This document shows positions 25,392 to 36,224 of a DNA stretch of 64,000 bases, in pieces. This DNA is from Phyllobates terribilis. Taxonomy: Eukaryota. The stretch spans positions 6,386,001 through 6,450,000 of the forward strand of contig NW_027362790.1 in NCBI RefSeq assembly GCF_046119375.1, given 5' to 3'. The notes under the pieces were generated by a model that did not search any database, was not told the DNA's origin, and was given only the letters and a program-made list of their open reading frames with translations. Position 1 is the stretch's first letter; every line of letters begins with the position of its first letter. The position numbers and the translations under genes are program-made.

Positions 25392-25970
25392 TGATGTATT
25401 GGAGTGTTCTTTTGTGTTTTGCTTTTCATGATTTCATAATTTTTTCCTCAGAATTGAGTGATTCCATAATTTTTTCCCTCTGCTTGGTCGGAAAGAAATT
25501 ACCCTTACTGAGTACCACATTTTTTTCTTGATTTCTTTTAGTGTTTCTTAAAGCCATAAAGTTGCCATTCGAAATGACTTTAGTTTTGTGCCATGTCTGT
25601 GATCTGCTTTTTTTCAACAACTGAATGAACATCCTCCGAGCCCGGTGATTCCATATTTTTTGCCAGGGGTTGTACTACATCTACGGACTAAGGGCTGTGC
25701 ATTATACTACATGTACAGACTATGGGCTGTGCATTATACTACATGTACAGATTATGGGCTGTGCATTATACTACATGGATGACTATGGGCTGTGCATTAT
25801 ACTGTATGGAGGATTAAGGGGAGTGCATTATACTTCTGTTATGGGGCCCCATCACTTCTATGTTCGCCCCTGGTGAGTGTAATAGTTTATTTTTTTCCAT
25901 ACACTAAAGAACAGAGGCAGAACGGGGGACATATACTAGGTTGAGGCCCAGGATAAAGGACATACATATA

Positions 25971-27741
25971 CAGTGGGTACGGGAAGTATTCAGACCCCTT
26001 TACATTTTTCACTCTTTTTTTTTTCAACATCATTGTTATTTTATTTTTCAAAACATAAATACATAACATACATCTAATCTGGTGCATAGAGAGGTCAGAG
26101 TGCCCGTACGCAGACTGGGTCTATATCAACTCTATTCACATATTTAATTGGTATAACAGTACATTTTTCACTCTTTGTTTCATTGCAGCCATTTGGTAAA
26201 TTCTAAAAAGTCACTTCACTTCACTTCACTTCTTCACTGAAAAAAAACAGAAATGTAGAAATTTTTGCAAATTTGTTTAAAAAGAAAAACTGAAATATCA
26301 CATTATTTAGTATTCAGCATTCAGCCCCTATGCTCAGTATTGAGGAGAAGACCCCTTTTGAGCTAGTACAGCCATGAGTCTTCCTGGGAATGATGCAACA
26401 AGTTTTTCACACCTGGATTTGGGGATCCTCTGCCATTCTTCCTTGCAGATCCTCTCCAGTTCCATCAGGTTGGATGGTGAACATTGGTGGACAGCCATTT
26501 TCAGGTTTCTCCAGAGATGCTCAATTGGGTTTAGGTTAGGGCTCTGGCTGGGCCAATCAAGAATGGTCACAGAGCTGTTCTGAAGCCACTCCTTTGTTAA
26601 TTTAGCTGTGTGCTTAGGGTCATTGTCTTGTTGGAAGGTGAACCTACGGCCAAGTCAGAGATCCAGAGCACTTTGGAAGAGGTTTTCATCCAGGATATCT
26701 CTGTACTTGTCCGCATTCATGTTTCCTTCAATTGCAACCAGTCGTCCTGTCCCTGCAGCTGAAAAACACCCCCATAGCATGATGCTGCCACCACCATGTT
26801 TCACTGTTGGGATTGTATTGGGCAGGTGATGAGCAGTGCCTGGTTTTCTCCACACATACCGCTTAGAATTATCACCAAAAAGTTGTATCTTCATCTCATC
26901 AGACCAGAGAATCTTATTTCTCACAGTCTGGGAGTCCTTCATGTGTTTTTGAGCAAACTCTATGCAGTCTTTCATATGTCTTGCACTGAGGAGAGTCTTC
27001 CGTCGGGCCACTCTGCCATAAAGGCCCGACTGGTGGAGGGCTGCAGTGATAGATGACTTTGTGGAACTTTCTCCTATCTCCCTACTGCATTTCTGGAGCT
27101 CAGCCACAGTGATCTTGAGGTTCTTCTTTACTTCTCTCACCAAGGCTCTTCTACCACGATTGCTCAGTTTTGCTGGACGGCCAGGTCTTGGAAGATTTCT
27201 GGTGGTCTCAAACTTCTTCCATTTAAGGATTATGGAGGCCACTGTGCACTTAGGAACCTTGAGTAATGCAGAAATTCTTTTGTAACCTTGGCCAGATCTG
27301 TGCCTTGCCACAATTCTGTCTCTGAGCTCCTTGGGCAGTTCCTTTGAGTTCATGATTCTCATTAGGTCTGACATGCACTGTGAGGTCTTATATAGACAGG
27401 TGTGCGCCTTGCCAAATCAAGTCCTATCAGTTTAATTAAACACAGCTGGACTCCAATGAAGGAGTAGAACCATCTCAAGGAGGATCACAAGGAATGGACA
27501 GCATGTGACTTAAATATGAGTGTCTGAACAAAGGGTCTGAATACTTATGACCATGTGATATTTAAGTTTTTCTTTTTAATAAATTTGCAAAAATTTCTAC
27601 ATTTCTGTTTTTTTTAGTCAAGATGGGGTGCAGAGTGGACTTTAATGAGAAAAAAATGAACTTTTTAGAATTTACCAAATGGCTGCAATGAAACAAAGAG
27701 TGAAAAATGTAAAGGGGTCTGAATAGTTTCCGAACCCATTG
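25971..27741 (-). mobile_element. Tc1 (IR/DR type) transposon with frameshifted transposase
   Basis: TIR CAGTGGGTACGG.AAGTATTCAGACCC at both ends, TA flanks. ORFs 26655-27374 (WSDE) and 26334-26570 (SPNLNPIEHLW). Confidence 0.93.
26018..26159 (-). mobile_element. Short 5'-truncated retroposed insert (L1-type 3' end) in the Tc1 inverted repeat
   Basis: 17-bp TSD TACATTTTTCACTCTTT at 26001-26017 and 26160-26176. Poly(A) and AATAAA on the minus strand. Confidence 0.75.
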
Positions 27742-28093
27742 TATATATCAGGACGGGGGGAGGTCGAAATCTCGCAACGGGTCCCATCAGACCCTAATAA
27801 TGCCTCTGATTGTACTGTGTGGGGGGATGGCGGTACTATGGGGGCATTACACTGTGGGGGCATCATACATCCTGCATAAGGGGCATAATGGGGGCATTAC
27901 ACTGTGGGGGTCCTGTACTCTGAGAACAATACGTTTCCTCCCTTCCTGTCTCCATAGTTGGGTCATATGTATCTATTACAGGAAACAGAACAGAAACCTT
28001 ATGATTCTCATAAAGGGGCAACACAAGACCCCCAAAGAGCCTCTGTGCTGAAGGGGTTAATGCCCCCTGCCCCAGTAATGGGTCTCCACATAC

Positions 28094-28290
28094 CTCCACC
28101 TGCAGAGCCGCCACCACATATATGGCTGTTGTGTGCACAGGAGCTGTGATGAGGTCACAGGAGGGAGGAGTCAGGGGTCACATGATCAGGGGCCTCAGTG
28201 GATGCAGGACTCTGCTGTGCTGGTTGTCATGGTGCTGGATGAGCTGAAGTTTATGTGTGGGGTCAGGAGGGGTTTACAGTGTGGATGTAG
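28094..28290 (-). other. Candidate non-coding first exon of the zinc-finger gene
   Basis: Strong donor GAG|GTATGT at 28094/28093 on the gene's strand, non-TE-looking sequence next to a CpG-rich VNTR. The acceptor of the first coding exon is at 15700/15699. Inference only. Confidence 0.4.
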
Positions 28291-29282
28291 CAGAGCCGCG
28301 TGTGTACGAGGTGTGCGGAGCGGAGCCGCGCGTGTATGAGGCGTACGGAGCAGAGCCGCGAGTGTACGAGGTGTACGGAGCAGAGCCGCGAGTGTACGAG
28401 GTGTACGGAGCGGAGCCGCGCGTGTACGAGGTGTATGGAGCGGAGCCGTGTGTGTACGAGGTGTACGGAGCAGAGCCGCGTGTGTACGAGGTGTACGGAG
28501 CAGAGCCGCGTGTGTACGAGGTGTACGGAGCAGAGCCGCGCGTGTACGAGGTGTACGGAGCGGAGCCGCGTGTGTACGAGGTGTACGGAGCGGAGCTGCG
28601 TGTGTACGAGGTGTTCGGTGCGGAGCCGCGTGTGTACGAGGTGTACGGAGCGGAGGCGCGTGTGTACGAGGTGTACGGAGAGGAGCCGCGCGTGTACGAG
28701 CTGTACGGAGCGGAGCCGCGCGTGTACGAGGTGTACGGAGCGGAGCCGCGCGTGTACGAGGCGTACGGAGCTGAGCCGCGCGTGTACGAGGCGTACGGAG
28801 CTGAGCCGCGCGTGTACGAGGCGTACGGAGCTGAGCCGCGCGTGTACGAGGCGTACGGAGCTGAGCCGCGCGTGTACGAGGCGTACGGAGCTGAGCCGCG
28901 CGTGTACGAGGCGTACGGAGCTGAGCCGCGCGTGTACGAGGCGTACGGAGCTGAGCCGCGCGTGTACGAGGCGTACGGAGCGGAGCCGCGCGTGTACGAG
29001 GCGTACGGAGCGGAGCCACGCGTGTACGAGGCGTACGGAGCGGAGCCGCGTGTGTACGAGGTGTACGGAGCGGAGCCGCGCGTGTACGAGGTGTACGGAG
29101 CGGAGCCGCGCGTGTACGAGGTGTACGGAGCGGAGCCGCCTGTGTACGAGGTGTACTGAGTGTAGCCACACGTATACGAGGCCTACAGAACGGAACCACC
29201 CGTGTACGAAGTGTACGGAGCATAGCAGTGCGTGTACGAGGTGAACGGAGCGGACCCGTGTGTGTACGAGGTGTACGGAGCT
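28290..29282. repeat. CpG-rich 30-bp minisatellite, about 33 copies
   Basis: Unit CGGAGCCGCGCGTGTACGAGGTGTACGGAG. Confidence 0.97.
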
Positions 29283-29289
29283 ATCTGTC

Positions 29290-29436
29290 TGTCACCTTAC
29301 ACATGCCCTCCGTTCCTCCATAATCCAAATCTCGCACCGCAGTCTTAAATACTTCTCCAGTGCTGCGCCTGTTCTCTGGAATGCACTTCCCCTGACAATC
29401 TGACTGATACCTAGCCTCCACGTTTTTAAGCAAGCT
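29290..29436 (+). mobile_element. L2 LINE 3' fragment
   Basis: Homologous to the L2 piece at 1401-1992 (FSSAAPVLWNALP.TI.L). Confidence 0.6.
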
Positions 29437-29440
29437 TTAA

Positions 29441-30011
29441 CCCCTTTCTGATGTGGGGCGTAATAATACGTACCTGGGCGTTATTGATCGGGTACGTATT
29501 ATTACGCCCCGGCGATCGCCCGCTGTGTGGGAGCGATTGCCGCCGATTGTCAGCTGATTGTGACAGCTGACTCCCGTTACTATGTTTCAGGAGCGGTCCC
29601 GCACCGCTCCCGACACATTAACCTGGAAATGCTGCGATCGAAGTAGATTGCAGCATTTCCGGAGTAGGCAGAGGTAAGAGCGCCCCTCTTACCTTGGATC
29701 GGAGACCCCGTGCCATGATGACCCGATGTCATCTTGACGACATCCGGGTCACCAGGCATCAGGAAGTTAGATAGATCATGCATAGTGCATGATCTACCTA
29801 ACTTCTGTCTGCAGGGCTGATAGCCTGCATAGCATAATGATGCTGCTGCTGCATCCCTATGCTATGCAAGTGATCAGCCTGCAAAAAATGAAAGTCCCAT
29901 AGTGGGACAAAGTGTAAAAGTGAAAGAAAGTGAAAAATATAAAAAAAAAAAAGAAGAAAAAATAATCCAAAAAAATAAAAATATACTGTACCCATAAATA
30001 AATATTATTAT
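29441..30011 (+). mobile_element. Left part of a TTAA-targeting (piggyBac-like) non-autonomous element
   Basis: TTAA|CCCCTT start. Homologous to 34203-34850. Cut by the hAT terminus at 30012. Confidence 0.75.
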
Positions 30012-31084
30012 TAGTGATGAGCGAGTATGCTCGCCCCTGCTCGGTACTCGCCCGAGCATCTCACTGCTTGAGATGCTCGGCACTCGACAAATATTTCCGG
30101 GGTTGCTCGGCGGGAGCTGGGGTCCTCTTCTGCATGTTTGGCGCTCTTCACAGAGCCAATGAACATTAAGGGATTGCCTGCCACACACTGTAATGCCGCA
30201 GCCATCTTGGTTGTGGGCATTACAGTAATTGGCTGGCCGCACAGCATCATCAGGTGTATATAAGACCGGGTGCCGCCATGCTCGTCACAGTCTACCCCGG
30301 AATCAGACCGTGTAGGGAGAGGTGTCAGGGAGAGATTTGCTTGTTTAGAGTTAATATAGGTATTCCACAACATACAGGGTGGTCCAAAAGTAGGTGGACA
30401 GAAAGTATAATAAGTAGTGTTGAGCGAGCATGCTTGACACTGCTCGTTACTCGCCCGAGCATCACGCTACTCGGGATGTTCGGCGAGCACCGAGCATTTC
30501 CGGGTTACTAGGGCGGGAGCTCGGGTCTCCGCCCTGCAAGTTTCACGCTCTTTACAGAGCCAATGAACATGCAGGGATTGCCAGCCAGACACTGTAATGC
30601 CGCAGCCATGTTGTTTGTGGGCATTACAGTGATTGGCTGGCCGCACAGCATCACCTTGTGTATTTAAAACCGGGCGCCACCATCTTGGACACAGTCGCTC
30701 CGGATCAGACAGTGTAGGGTCAGTGCTGCTGAGCTAGGGAGAGATTTATACTCCGAAATAGTTAGTGTAGGGTCTCTAAAGCCTGCAAAATCAAACAAAC
30801 AGTCCTTCTCAGGACTAATATCCATCCCAGATATCAGGCAGGCAGGCAGGCAGGCTGTACAGGAGACGCAGTGGTTATACCAGCAAACGCTGCATTACAG
30901 TCCTGTGTGCTCCTGTTGGTCAAATTGCTAGACTTATCACCCCGGTCTCAGGGGCCAGGAAAAAAATATGTTTTTTTTCATCTAAATCCTGTATTTTTTT
31001 TTTTCCTCAGTTAGACTGTCCAAGTACGCGTCTTATTAACCTTTTGGTATCCCCCCCCCCAAAAAAAAAAAAATGAGTGTGTCT

Positions 31085-33216
31085 GTGACTGTTCAGACAC
31101 CAATATATCTGTTTAAAAGAGTCTGGTGTAGGCCAGAAAAATGTAACTGTGGTTTTGCAGTTCCATGGGTCAAATCTCTGTATTATCTGGTTTTTGGCAT
31201 TTTTTGCTGTAAAAAAAAACTGTAATAGTGTCTCCCTGACTGGTCAGACACCAATATATCTGTTTAAAAGAGTCTGGTGTAGGCCAGAAAAATATAACTG
31301 TGGTTTTGCAGTTCCACGGGTCAAATCTCTGTATTATCCTGTTTTTGGCATTTTTTTGCCGTAAAAAAAAACCTGTAATAGTGTCTCCCTGACTGGTCCG
31401 ACACCAATATATCTGTTTAAAAGAGTCTGGTGTACGCCACATAACTATAACTGTGGTTTTGCAGTTCCACGGGTCAAATCTCTGTATAATCCTGTTTTTG
31501 GCATTTATTGCCGTAAGAAAAAACAGTAATAGTGTCTCCCTGACTGGTCAGACACCAATATATCTGTTTAAACGAGTCTGGTGTAGGCCAGAAAAATATA
31601 ACTGTGGTTTTGCAGTTCCACGGGTCAAATCTCTGTATTATCCTGTTTTTGGCATTTTTTGCCGTAAAAAAAACTGTAATAGTGTTTCCCTGACTGGTCA
31701 GACACCAATATATCTGTTTAAAAGAGTCTGGTGTAGGCCAGAAAAATATAACTGTGGTTTTGCAGTTCCACGGGTCAAATCTCTGTATTATCCTGTTTTT
31801 GATATTTTTTGCCGTAAAAAAAACTGTAATAGTGTCTCCCTGACTGGTCAGACACCAATATATCTGTTTAAAAGAGTCTGGTGTAGGCCAGAAAAATATA
31901 ACTGTGGTTTTGCAGTTCCACGGGTCAAATCTCTGTATTATCCTGTTTTTGGCATTTTTTGCCGTAAAAAAAAACCTGTAATACTGTCTCCCTGACTGGT
32001 CAGACACCAATATATCTGTTTAAACGAGTCTGGTGTAGGCCAGAAAAATATAACTGTGGTTTTGCAGTTCCACGGGTCAAATCTCTGTATTATCCTGTTT
32101 TTGGCATTTTTTGCCATAAAAAAAAACTGTAATAGTGTCTCCCTGACTGGTCAGACACCAATATATCTGTTTAAAAGAGTCTGGTGTAGGCCAGAAAAAT
32201 AGAACTGTGGTTTTGCAGTTCCACGGGTCAAATCTCTGTATTATCCTGTTTGTGGCATTTTTTGCCATAAAAAAAAACAGTAATAGTGTCTCCCTGACTG
32301 GTCAGACACCAATATATCTGTTTAAAAGAGTCTGGTGTAGGCCAGAAAAATATAACTGTGGTTTTGCAGTTCCACGGGTCAAATCTCTGTATTATCCTGT
32401 TTTTGATATTTTTTGCCATAAAAAAAAACTGTAATAGTGTCTCCCTGACTGGTCAGACACCAATATATCTGTTTAAAAGTGTCTGGTGTAGGCCAGAACA
32501 ATATAATTGTGGTTTTGCAGTTCCACGGGTCAAATCTCTGTATTATCCTGTTTTTGCCATTTTTTGCCTTAAAAAAAACTGTAATAGTGTCTCCCTGACT
32601 GGTCAGACACCAATATATCTGTTTAAAAGAGTCTAGTGTAGGCCAGAAAAAAATAACTGTGGTTTTGCAGTTCCACGGGTCAAATCTCTGTATTATCCTG
32701 TTTTTGCCATTTTTTGCCGTAAAAAAAAAACTGTAATAGTGTCTCCCTGACTGGTCAGACACCAATATATCTGTTTAAAAGAGTCTGGTGTACGCCACTT
32801 AACTATAACTGGGGCTTTGCATTTCCATGGTTCAAATCTCTATATTATCCACTTTTGGGCCTTTTTTACATAAAAAACAGTTTGAGTGTGTCGCTGACTG
32901 TTGAGCCCCAAATATATCTATTTAAAAAAGTCTGGTATACGCCAGTAAATTAGAACTGTGGTTTTGCAGTTCCACAGTTCAAATCTCTGTATTATCTAGC
33001 TTTTGGTATTTTTTACGTAAAGAAAAACAGTAATAGTGTCTCCATGATTGTTCAGACACAAATATATCTGTTTGAAAGATTCTGGTGTACGCCCCATAAC
33101 TATAACTGTGGTTTTGTATTTCCACGGTTCAAATCTCTGTATTATCCACTTTAGGGCCTTTTTTACATTAAAAAAAAAACAGTTTGAGTGTGTCGCTGAC
33201 TGTTCAGCCCCAAATA
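31085..33216. repeat. 151-bp tandem repeat, about 14 copies (continues at 38272-38480)
   Basis: CAGACACCAATATATCTG recurs at 31094, 31245 and so on. The array resumes exactly after the Tc1 at the TA. Confidence 0.96.
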
Positions 33217-35662
33217 CACTACAGACCAAAAGTTTGCAAACACCTCATTTAAAGATTTTTCTGTATTTTCCTGACTATGAAAATTGTACATTCACACTGA
33301 AGGCATCAAAACGATGAATTAACACATGTGGAATTATATACTTAACAAAAAAGTGTGAAACAACTGAAAATATGTCTTATATTCTAGGTTCTTCAAAGTA
33401 GCCACCTTTTGCTTTGATGGCTGCTTTGCACACTCTTGGCATTCTCTTGATGAGAGGGTAGTCACCGGAAATGGCTTTCACTTCACAGGTGTGCCTTGTC
33501 AGGTTTAATAAGTGGGATTTCTTGCCTTATAAATGGGGTTGGGACCATCAGTTGTGTTGTGCAGAAGTCAGGTGGATACACAGCTGATAGTCCTACTGAA
33601 TAGACTGTTAGAATTTGTATTATGGCAAGAAAAAAGCAGCTAATTAAAGAAAAACGAGTGGCCATCATTACTTTAAGAAATGATGGTCCAACTAAACGCA
33701 AACCAGATGTTATTCCATCTGGTTTGCGTTTAGTTGGACCATCATTTATTTTTCAACAGGACAATGACCTCAAACACAACTCCAGGCTGTGTAAGGGCTA
33801 TTTGACCAAGAAGGAGAGTGATGGGGTGCTTCGCCAGATGACCTGGCCTCCACAGTCACCAGACCTGAACCCAGTCGAGATGGTTTGGGGTGAGCTGGAC
33901 CGCAGAGTGAAGGAAAAAGGGCCAACAAGTGCTAAGCATCTCTGGGAACTCCTTCAAGATTGTTGGAAGACCATTTCCAGTGACTACCTCTTGAAGCTTA
34001 TCAAGAGAATGCCAAGAGTGTGCAAAGCAGTCATCAAAGCAAAAGGTGGCTACTTTGAAGAACGTAGAATATAAGACATATTTTCAGTTGTTTCACACTT
34101 TTTTGTTAAGTATATAATTCTACATGTGTTAATTCATAGTTTTGATGCCTTCACTGTGAATGTACAATTTTCATAGTCAAGAAAATACAGAAAAATCTTT
34201 AACCCCTTAACAACATTTGACGTACTAATACGCGTCTGTGCCCTGGGACTTAAGAGCCAGACCCGTATTAGTACGTCATGGCGATCGCGCGCGCACACAG
34301 GCTGTGCGGGCGCGATCGCCGCCGGGTGTCAGCTGATTGTCACAGCTGACACCCGATACTATGTGCAGGGAGCGGTCCTGCACTGCTCCCAGCACATTAA
34401 CCCCCGCGATGCTGCGATCGAAGTCGATCGCAGCATTGCGGGGGCAAGGGGAGGTGATCGCAGATACTCACCTCCTCTTCCGGCTTCCAGCGCTGTCTGC
34501 AATGGCTTCCCGGGTGTTGCCATGACGACCCGATGTCGTCATGACAACATCCGGGTCACCAGACAGCAGGGAGATTGTTTGGACATGCGCAGTGCATCTC
34601 CAAACAATCTTCTCCCTGTCCAGCGCTGACAGCCTGCATGGCACAGGGATGGTGCTGCATTCCTGTGCCATGCAGGCGATCAGAGAAAAAAAAGTGAAAG
34701 TCCCAGAGTGGGACAAAGTAATAAAGTATATAAACTTTCAGAAAGTGAAAAAAAAAAATGTGCAAAAATATTTAAAAAAAAAATAAAAAAAATAATCCAC
34801 CAAAAATAAAAATATAATGTACCCGTCAATAAATATTATTATAAAAAAAAAAAACAATAAAAGTACACATATTTGGTATCGCCGCGTCCGGAACAACCTG
34901 ACCTATAAAACTGTCCCACTAGTTAACCCCTTCAGTGAACACAGTAAAAAAAAAAAAAAAAAAATGAAGCAAAAAACAATGCTTTATCACCATACTGCCA
35001 AACAAAAAATTGAATAACACGCAATCAAAAAGACAAATATAAATGAGAATGGTACCGCTGAAAACATCATCTCGTCCCGCAAAAAACAAGCCACCATACA
35101 GCTCCATCAGCCGAAAAATAAAAAAGTTATAGCTCTCAGAATAAAGCTATGCTAAAAAATATTTTTTTCTATAAAATTGCTTTTATTATGTAAAAGCGCC
35201 AAAACATAGAAATACGATATAAATGTGGTACCGCTGTAAACGTACTGACCCGAAGAATAAAGCTACCTCATCAATTTTACCACACGCGGAACAGAATAAA
35301 AAAAAATAAAAAAAAACAATTCCTGAATTGTTGGTTTTTGTTTATTCTGCCTCCCAAAAATCGGAATAGAAAGCGATCAAAAAATGTCACGTGCCTGAAA
35401 ATGGCACCAATAACAACGTCAACTCATCCCGCAAAAAACGAGCCGTCACATGACTGTCTGGAAAAATCTGGAAAAATTATAGCTCTCAAAATATGGCGAT
35501 GCAAAAACTAGATTTTACAAAAAATGCGTCTTTTAGTGTGTGACAGCTGTCAGTCATAAAAACCCCATATGATTCTGGTATTGCTGTAATCACACCGACC
35601 CGAAGAATAAAGTCGTCTAATCACTTATACCGCGCGAGGAACGGCGTCAAAAATAAACTCTT

Positions 35663-35808
35663 GGGTTAGGATTGGGCTAGGGTTAGGGCTGGGTTTGGGG
35701 ATAGGGTTGTGCTAGGGTTAGGGTTGTGCTAGGGTTAGGGTTGTGCTAGGGTTAGGGTTGTGCTAGGGTTAGGGTTAGGGTTGGGGTTAGGGTTGTGATG
35801 GGGTTGGG
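35663..35808 (+). repeat. Degenerate TTAGGG-rich tract
   Basis: Four copies of GCTAGGGTTAGGGTTGT plus TTAGGG variants. Confidence 0.9.
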
Positions 35809-35850
35809 ATTTTTTTCAAAAGTAAGAAAAAAAGATGACGATATGGCGAC

Positions 35851-36151
35851 TAGTGTTGAGCACAAGTGCTCGCTACTTGAGTTTGCATCGGGTGCTCTGA
35901 TATGCATTGAGTATCGTGGGTATTTGAGTGACATGCTCGAGTCTCTGCCCCATATGCTTCGCGGCCAAAAAAACTTTACGGGGATTGCCTGCCATGCACG
36001 AGCGATCCCCGCATGTTTTTTTTTGGGTGTCTAATTACCGTGAAACATGCGGAGCAGGGACTCGAGCATGTCACTCGAGCACACGCTGTACATGGTGCAT
36101 ACCTGAGTACCCGATGCAAACTCAAGTAGCAAGCACTTGCACTCAAGACTA
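35851..36151. mobile_element. hAT-type MITE with about 50-bp TIRs
   Basis: TAGTGTTGAG..GAGTTTGCATCGGGT..CTC at the left is mirrored at the right end. Flanks ATGGCGAC/ATGACAAT match 5/8 as a decayed 8-bp TSD. Confidence 0.75.
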
Positions 36152-36224
36152 ATGACAATTTATTCAATATGATGACCTAATGTAAAAAACTTCTATGTCG
36201 TACTTCTGGGTTCAAAATGTTCAC

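Larger units (their letters stand above)
17609..25672 (+). mobile_element. Tc1 transposon containing a full-length L1
   Basis: TIRs CAACCCCTGGCAAAAA.TATGGAATCACCGGGCTCGGAGG at both ends. TA TSD at 17607-17608 and 25673-25674. Confidence 0.95.

Noticed and set aside
28195-29244. 300-340-aa ORFs on both strands
   Set aside because: Products of a stop-free 30-bp minisatellite; no splice or domain evidence.
31149-32765. Repetitive ORFs; regular spacing superficially like a CRISPR array
   Set aside because: 151-bp tandem satellite with no unique spacers, in a eukaryotic context with no cas genes.
35663-35808. True telomere or chromosome fusion site
   Set aside because: Short, degenerate, single orientation, and internal to a transposon.
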